DNA of 42,909 nt from Myroides sp. (lineage in GTDB: Bacteria; Bacteroidota; Bacteroidia; Flavobacteriales; Flavobacteriaceae). How positions within the stretch are numbered: position 1 is the stretch's first letter; every line of letters begins with the position of its first letter. Location of the stretch: positions 1-42,909 of the forward strand of contig JAHAYQ010000125.1 in the NCBI GenBank assembly GCA_018384465.1, given 5' to 3'. Below are positions 37,191 to 42,909 of this stretch, one piece after another. The notes beneath the pieces were generated by a model. It did no database searches and was not told the origin of the DNA. It saw nothing but the letters and a program-made list of their open reading frames with translations. The translations under genes were made by a program, and so were the position numbers.

Positions 37191-37320
37191 TTTTCTTGTT
37201 TATAAGTCTTTTCATTTTAACGCTTTCTAGGTTTTAAAAAACAATTTTAAAAACTTAAATTGCTCGTCTATCCTCTATTTTAGCTCGTTTTAGCTAAGAT
37301 TTTAATTATTAATCATTTAT

Positions 37321-38784
37321 ATGTTAGACGGTTCAAAAATTTCATCCATTTTACAACGTTCACCCAGCGTGGATTTGCTAAAAATGCGAAATAGAGAATT
37401 GATTTTGGTCTTTTTGGCTGATCAATTCGCAGAGAAACATCGCATTTTATCTTCAGAGATTATACATTCTCGTTTAACGGATTATTTGGAATATCGTCAA
37501 GTAGAAAATGACGAAGAAACAGACATTCAGGTTTTTGATTCGTACGAATTAAAAGCTAAAAAATACATTACCGATTGGACCAATCGTGGTTTTTTAACGA
37601 ACTTTCAGACCGAAAATGGAGAAGTATTTTACGAACTTTCTTCTCATACAAGTAAAACGTTGGATTGGATTAACAGTTTAGACAAAGACGAATATGTCGG
37701 AACGGAATCAAAATTCAAAACCATTGTTACTCAACTGAAAGAATTAGTCGAATATTCGAACGATAACAAAGAACAACGTTTGGCAATTTTGGAAGAACGT
37801 AAAAAAGAAATCGAACACGAAATGACTCATTTACGTTTGGGTGAATCTTTAAAAGTGTACGAAGATTTCGAGATTATTCCACGTGTTAATCAAATTACCC
37901 AAGCGGCTAAAGAATTACTTTCTGACTTTAAGGAAGTAGAAGATAATTTCAAAACTATTACGAAAGAAATTTACCAACGTCATAACGAAGGAACCTTATC
38001 TAAATCAGAGATTTTAGATTTTACGTTTAATTCGTTGGATAGCTTAAAAGAAAGTCCACAAGGAAAAAGCTTTTATGCGTTCTGGAATTTCTTGTTGAAT
38101 CCTTCGCTTCAAACAGAATGGGATAAATTAACGCAAGAATTGTACGCTACCTTATCGCAAAAAGAAATTGAGATTCAAGATGCTTATCTAAAAAATATGA
38201 AAAAGCATCTGCACGCGGCTGGGCAAAAAGTGTACAAAGCCAACGATAAAATGGCGGATAAACTGAGTAAAGTGATTCGTGAAACCCAAGTGTCAAATGC
38301 AAAAGCCACGAAGAAAACGATTCAGGACATCAAAAAATCATTGATTAAAATTAGTCAACAAAAAGATTCTCCTGATATTTCGTTAATGGTGGATGATGGG
38401 ATTAATATCCATTTGCCTTTTGACCGTAAATTAACGATGGAACAAACCCAAGAAGTTATTTATGATGCACATCCAAAAGTTGCCGAATCGGACATCTCGA
38501 AATCGGAACATTTAGAAAAGATTTTCAATAAATACGCAATTGATAAACAAGTTATTCGAGATCGAATTAACGAGCAATTAGCGACTAATTCTGAGTTAAA
38601 TCTAAATCAAATCATCGAAAATTCGGGTGGTTTACAAAAAGGTTTACCCGAACTTTTTGCTTTTATCGCGTTAAGTAACGAGTACAATCACGACAAAAAC
38701 GATGCAGAATTACAAGAAATTGTATTCAACAAAGCAGAACAAAAATCAATACAAATTCCTAAAATTACCTTAAAGTATGAGTAA
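37321..38784 (+). CDS. jetA: Wadjet JetA / MksF-like (DUF3375)
   Basis: WTNRGFL, GTESKF, LLSDFKEVEDNF, SPQGKSFYAFWNFL, GLPEL; first of three overlapping genes. Confidence 0.88.
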   Translation: MLDGSKISSILQRSPSVDLLKMRNRELILVFLADQFAEKHRILSSEIIHSRLTDYLEYRQVENDEETDIQVFDSYELKAKKYITDWTNRGFLTNFQTENGEVFYELSSHTSKTLDWINSLDKDEYVGTESKFKTIVTQLKELVEYSNDNKEQRLAILEERKKEIEHEMTHLRLGESLKVYEDFEIIPRVNQITQAAKELLSDFKEVEDNFKTITKEIYQRHNEGTLSKSEILDFTFNSLDSLKESPQGKSFYAFWNFLLNPSLQTEWDKLTQELYATLSQKEIEIQDAYLKNMKKHLHAAGQKVYKANDKMADKLSKVIRETQVSNAKATKKTIQDIKKSLIKISQQKDSPDISLMVDDGINIHLPFDRKLTMEQTQEVIYDAHPKVAESDISKSEHLEKIFNKYAIDKQVIRDRINEQLATNSELNLNQIIENSGGLQKGLPELFAFIALSNEYNHDKNDAELQEIVFNKAEQKSIQIPKITLKYE

Positions 38785-39358
38785 TTTAGAACAACATATC
38801 AAACCCTATTCTAAAGCGATTGTAAAGCTTTTAAAACAGCCGATTGAGAATCATCAATCCCTTTGGCAAGATGTTTTAAACTACCAAGTGGAAATTCAGA
38901 ATTATTTGAATTTAATTGGATTAGAATTAGTGGTAAAAAAAGACGAAGGATTTGCTTATTTACGCGAATTAGAAGACCGTGAAGGAAATACAATAGGTCT
39001 GGTTTCTAAACGTAAAATTGGATTCGAAGCTTCGATAATTTTGGTGGTCTTACGCCAAAGTTTAGAAGAATTCGACCAAAATCCTACGCAATTTGATGTA
39101 AGTGAGAAATTCATCACCTATCAAGAAATCAAAGAAGAAGTCGAATTATTCTTACCCGAAACATACAACAAAGTCAAACTTTTAAAAGACTTAGATCTTA
39201 ACATTCGCCGAATTGTGGATTTAGGTTATTTAAAAGAAATTGATAAAAATGAGTTTGAAACTAAATATCAAATTCATCGTATCATCAAAGAAAAAGTGAC
39301 GTTGGATCAATTACAAGAATTTAAAAACAAATTAGAGGAATATGTTGAATCTATTTAG
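38777..39358 (+). CDS. jetB: Wadjet JetB / MksE-like (DUF4194)
   Basis: IGLELVVKKDEGFAYLRE, SIILVVLRQ; overlaps jetA and jetC. Confidence 0.88.
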   Translation: MSNLEQHIKPYSKAIVKLLKQPIENHQSLWQDVLNYQVEIQNYLNLIGLELVVKKDEGFAYLRELEDREGNTIGLVSKRKIGFEASIILVVLRQSLEEFDQNPTQFDVSEKFITYQEIKEEVELFLPETYNKVKLLKDLDLNIRRIVDLGYLKEIDKNEFETKYQIHRIIKEKVTLDQLQEFKNKLEEYVESI

Positions 39359-42300
39359 TACAACATCCGAAGAATCGGGATACAGACTGCAATACATGGA
39401 AGTTTTCAACTGGGGAACTTTCACCGATCGCATTTTCCGTATTCAGCCCGAAGGGAATAATTCGTTGTTAACGGGAGCGAATGCTTCTGGGAAAAGTACG
39501 TTTATCGATGCACTTTTAACCTTGTTGGTTCCGGCAAAAAAAGACCGTTTTTACAACCAATCTTCTGGTGTCGATAAAAAAGGTGACCGTACGGAAGAAA
39601 CCTATGTTTTAGGAAATTATGCCCACATTCAGCGTGAAGGTGATTTGGGTACGATGACAAAATCATTGCGAGATAAAAATACATATTCGATTATTTTAGC
39701 GCATTTTGATAACAAAGACGGAAAGAAAATCACGATTTTCCAAGTTCGATGGTTTTCGGGTGATGAATTAAAACGTACGTTTGGAATTGCGCACGTTCCT
39801 TTATTAATAGAAACCGACTTTTCTCATTTCGATCAAAAAGGAAATTGGAAAAAGACTTTAGATAAAAAATACAATTCGAATTCGACGAAAAAGAAAATCG
39901 AATTCATGGACGGTCCGATTGCTTATGGTGATCGAATCTCGGATTTATTCGGAATGAAATCTTCCAAATCATTGACGCTTTTCAACCAAGTGGTTGGAGT
40001 AAAAGTTTTAGAAGATTTAGACGAATTTATTCGTACCAATATGCTGGAAGAATGGAACGCTGAAGCCGAATTCTTACAGCTGAAAGAAAGTTTCAACACG
40101 TTGATGGAAGCGAAAATCAATATTGAAAAGGTCAAAGACCAAATCAAATATTTGGAGCCGATTAACGAACACGCCAACAAAATCATTGATTTAAACGGAA
40201 AGCTTGAAACCTTAAATCATTCCAAAGAAACTGCCGTTTATTGGTTTGCTCAAAAAGGGTTACACTTAGCGCAAGAAGAATTAACGAAAGCCAATACTAC
40301 TTTCCAAGGTTTCCAGCAAGAATTGGAAAAATTAAAGGAAAAAGAAGCGTCGTTAAAAAATCAAGAAACAAATTTAACGGTTCAGATTAAGTCAGATGAT
40401 ATTGGGAAACAGTTGGAACAAATTAAAATTGATTTGGCTCAATTGGAAAAATCAAAAGCTGCAATTGAAGAAAAACGTCAATCGTATAATGCATTGATTC
40501 AGATTTTAGGTTTAATTGAAAATCCAACAACTGAAGAATTTAATCAAAACATCACGCGAATTGCAGAAATTAAAAATGAAAGCAATACGAATGTTGAGGT
40601 ATTACACGAAGAAATTCGCCAATTAAAAAATCAAGCGGATCAAATCAAAGCGGAGATTACGCAAGCACAAGAAACGATTGATTTTTTAACGAAACATCAA
40701 AATAATATAACAGGAACAATTGCAACGGTTCGTGATGAGATTGTACAACTTACAAATGCTACACAAGCCGAAATTCCTTTTGTTGCTGAATTGATTAAAG
40801 TTAAAAATCCAACTTGGGAAACAGCAATTGAACAAATATTAAATCAATTTTCGCATCAAATTGTAGTTCCTGAAAAATATTTAACAGAGGTCGAAAAATA
40901 CGTTCAATCCAATCAATTAGAAGCTTTTTTACAAATTTTAGCCTATAAAGGATTTACTTCGATGGAAGGTTTAAAACCAGTTGTCGCGGAAAATCATTTG
41001 GTGAATCAGATAGAGTTTAAATCGGAAAGTATTTACGCGAAATGGATCAAAGAAACAATAGAAGAACAATTTGATTTTGTTTGTTCAGATGAAATCTTTT
41101 CCAATGTAAATACCGTTTTAAAAGAGGGAACGATCGTTTTTGCGAATGGAAATATCCAAAAAGATGGACGAACTGAAACCAAGCGTAAGGAAAACTTTGT
41201 TTTAGGTTGGGAAAATACCTCAAAAATTCAAGCGATTTATCAAGATTTAAAAGATTTTGAGGCAGAATTTGAAGCGAACGAATTGTTAATCAATGAAACG
41301 CAAAAGAAGATTCAATTCATTGAAAAAATCAAAGAAACGATTTCGAAAGTAGAAAATACTTTCACTTCTTACGCGATTATCGAAACCAAAGAAATCGAAG
41401 AAGAAATCGCACAAAAACAACATTTAATTGATGTTTTAAATTCAGGTTCCAATCGTACGGAAGGTTTACAATACGAGTTAGAGAAAGTTCAGGCAACGTT
41501 GAAATTATTGTCTGAAAAGGAAATTCATAATCTAAACCGTGAAACCTTTAAAGTTGAGACTCAAATTCAGCAGATTCAAAAAGAAATCAAACGTAACGAA
41601 GAGATCTTAAAAGCGTTGGATGTAGTTTCAATTGATGAATTCGAAGAAAAACATCAAGATTTACTAGCGATTGATTATTTCTCGATTAAACTGAAACAAA
41701 CAGAATTCCAAAAAGAATTAGAAACGCAAATCAAAAGTTTTGAGTATTCGAAACGATTAGCGGAAGATAAAATCAAGCAGAAAATCAACGAATTCAAAAA
41801 TCCAAAAGAAGATATTATTTTAAAATACAAGGATTGGCGTTCAGATGCTTCTGCTCTACCCGATTCGACACATTTGGAATTGGTTTCGGAATACCAAGAA
41901 TTCTATCAGCGATTAAGTGAAGATAATTTACCACGTTTCGAAACGAAATTTGAATCGTATTTACAAGAAACCATCATCAATAAAATTGGAGATTTCCGAA
42001 TGTTCTTCGAGAATTGGTCAGAAAATATCCAAGAAAACATTGGGTTATTAAACGAATCGCTTGCTGAAATTGATTACAATAACAAAGAATACACAACCTT
42101 TATTCAATTGGTTGCGAATCCACATTATGTAGCGGAAATTCAAGATTTCAAAGCATTACTGAATCGTGCGATTGCTAATGGAAATGATGCGTTAATGTTA
42201 TTTGAAGAAAAACGTGACCATTTTAACGATCATATCGCGCCTTTAATCAAGAAATTGAATAAAGAAGAATGGCGATCGAAAGTTATGGATGTCCGTTATT

Positions 42301-42716
42301 GGTTCAATTATAAAGCGGAAGAATTCCGTCGTGACACGAACGAAAAAGTGAAAACCCACGAACATATGGGCGCACTTTCTGGTGGAGAAAAAGCTCAATT
42401 AACATATACGATTTTAGGTTCAGCAATTGCGTATCAATTTGGATTGATGCGAAAAGACAAAGCCAATACGTTCCGTTTTATTGCGATTGATGAGGCTTTT
42501 AAAGCGCAAGATGAAGATAAAGCGAAGTATTTATTACGACTTTGTGAGCAATTGAACCTACAATTATTGGTGGTTACACCTGCAGATAATATCCATATTG
42601 TAGAAGATCATATTTCGTTTGTGCATTATGTAGAGCGAAAAGAAGAAAAATATTCGTGGTTATACGATATGCCAATAACGCAATATAAGGCTCAAAAAGA
42701 GTTATTTGAAATTTAA
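39342..42716 (+). CDS. jetC: Wadjet JetC / MksB-like SMC ATPase
   Basis: NWGTF, Walker A GANASGKST, long coiled coils, LSGGEK signature, Walker B IAIDEAF. Confidence 0.92.
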   Translation: MLNLFSTTSEESGYRLQYMEVFNWGTFTDRIFRIQPEGNNSLLTGANASGKSTFIDALLTLLVPAKKDRFYNQSSGVDKKGDRTEETYVLGNYAHIQREGDLGTMTKSLRDKNTYSIILAHFDNKDGKKITIFQVRWFSGDELKRTFGIAHVPLLIETDFSHFDQKGNWKKTLDKKYNSNSTKKKIEFMDGPIAYGDRISDLFGMKSSKSLTLFNQVVGVKVLEDLDEFIRTNMLEEWNAEAEFLQLKESFNTLMEAKINIEKVKDQIKYLEPINEHANKIIDLNGKLETLNHSKETAVYWFAQKGLHLAQEELTKANTTFQGFQQELEKLKEKEASLKNQETNLTVQIKSDDIGKQLEQIKIDLAQLEKSKAAIEEKRQSYNALIQILGLIENPTTEEFNQNITRIAEIKNESNTNVEVLHEEIRQLKNQADQIKAEITQAQETIDFLTKHQNNITGTIATVRDEIVQLTNATQAEIPFVAELIKVKNPTWETAIEQILNQFSHQIVVPEKYLTEVEKYVQSNQLEAFLQILAYKGFTSMEGLKPVVAENHLVNQIEFKSESIYAKWIKETIEEQFDFVCSDEIFSNVNTVLKEGTIVFANGNIQKDGRTETKRKENFVLGWENTSKIQAIYQDLKDFEAEFEANELLINETQKKIQFIEKIKETISKVENTFTSYAIIETKEIEEEIAQKQHLIDVLNSGSNRTEGLQYELEKVQATLKLLSEKEIHNLNRETFKVETQIQQIQKEIKRNEEILKALDVVSIDEFEEKHQDLLAIDYFSIKLKQTEFQKELETQIKSFEYSKRLAEDKIKQKINEFKNPKEDIILKYKDWRSDASALPDSTHLELVSEYQEFYQRLSEDNLPRFETKFESYLQETIINKIGDFRMFFENWSENIQENIGLLNESLAEIDYNNKEYTTFIQLVANPHYVAEIQDFKALLNRAIANGNDALMLFEEKRDHFNDHIAPLIKKLNKEEWRSKVMDVRYWFNYKAEEFRRDTNEKVKTHEHMGALSGGEKAQLTYTILGSAIAYQFGLMRKDKANTFRFIAIDEAFKAQDEDKAKYLLRLCEQLNLQLLVVTPADNIHIVEDHISFVHYVERKEEKYSWLYDMPITQYKAQKELFEI

Positions 42717-42729
42717 CCTTGATAAAATA

Positions 42730-42760
42730 AAGAGTTGGATAGCTATTCAGCTCTTTTTTT
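42730..42760 (+). terminator. Intrinsic terminator directly after jetC
   Basis: AAGAGTTGGAT-AGCT-ATTCAGCTCTT followed by T-run. Confidence 0.85.
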
Positions 42761-42909
42761 ATGTTTGTTATTTTACAATTAGTTTATCAAAAAATCTTAT
42801 TTTTACAAAACTCAACAACACTTTAAAATAACACGTAATACATGAATGCACAAAATCTAATTAACAATTATAGCAATTTAATAAATAGCTATAGTAAAGC
42901 CTCTACTAC

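Noticed and set aside
323-40186. Many 60-156 aa ORFs antisense to or nested in long genes (e.g. 3417-3770, 7994-8347, 14886-15356, 25838-26212, 28011-28481, 29018-29455, 32977-33324, 39923-40186)
   Set aside because: They overlap well-supported genes and have no recognisable motifs; treated as shadow ORFs
39342-42716. SbcC or RecN repair ATPase
   Set aside because: No sbcD; overlapping DUF3375- and DUF4194-like genes identify a JetC/MksB-type SMC
42842-42909. ORF start at the window edge as possible jetD
   Set aside because: Separated from jetC by a terminator and too short to assign; no recognisable JetD features
1-42909. CRISPR array, rRNA, intact IS element, antibiotic-resistance gene
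   Set aside because: No regularly spaced repeat-spacer array, rRNA-like sequence, intact transposase or recognisable resistance gene was seen

Overview
Low-GC Bacteroidota chromosome segment; a Flavobacteriales/Weeksellaceae-like host is inferred from the gene families and TAnnTTTG promoters. Bases 1 to ~33955 are the right part of a CTnDOT/ICEEa-type integrative conjugative element (ICE) inserted at the 3' end of tRNA-Pro(TGG); its left end lies outside the window. From left to right the ICE carries heavy-metal cargo, mobC-mobB-mobA, oriT, traA-Q (no traP), two excisionase-like HTH genes, a lone receiver-domain gene and an arsenic cassette (arsR-DUF6428-arsC-acr3, arsO). It then carries a minus-strand operon (ssb, DUF932, YubB/DUF1281-like, and a reduced PRTRC ubiquitin-like E1/E2/Ubl module), xis and a tyrosine integrase. 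The host side has tRNA-Pro, tRNA-Ser, an AmiD-like amidase, small genes, a pentapeptide-repeat gene and jetABC (Wadjet/MksBEF-like) with no adjacent jetD. Most notable observations: (1) the ssb-PRTRC operon is preceded by a ~230-280 nt fold-back that creates a consensus Bacteroidetes promoter aimed at ssb only when the + strand is single-stranded (Frpo-like), and followed by an sso-like hairpin cluster, suggesting a ubiquitin-like conjugation system expressed on entry into the recipient; (2) five ICE promoters share four GCC-type units at 10-bp period placed exactly 27 bp before the -7 element; (3) a switchable structured RNA leader; (4) an apparently nuclease-less Wadjet. Family names come from recognising motifs by eye; no database search was run.
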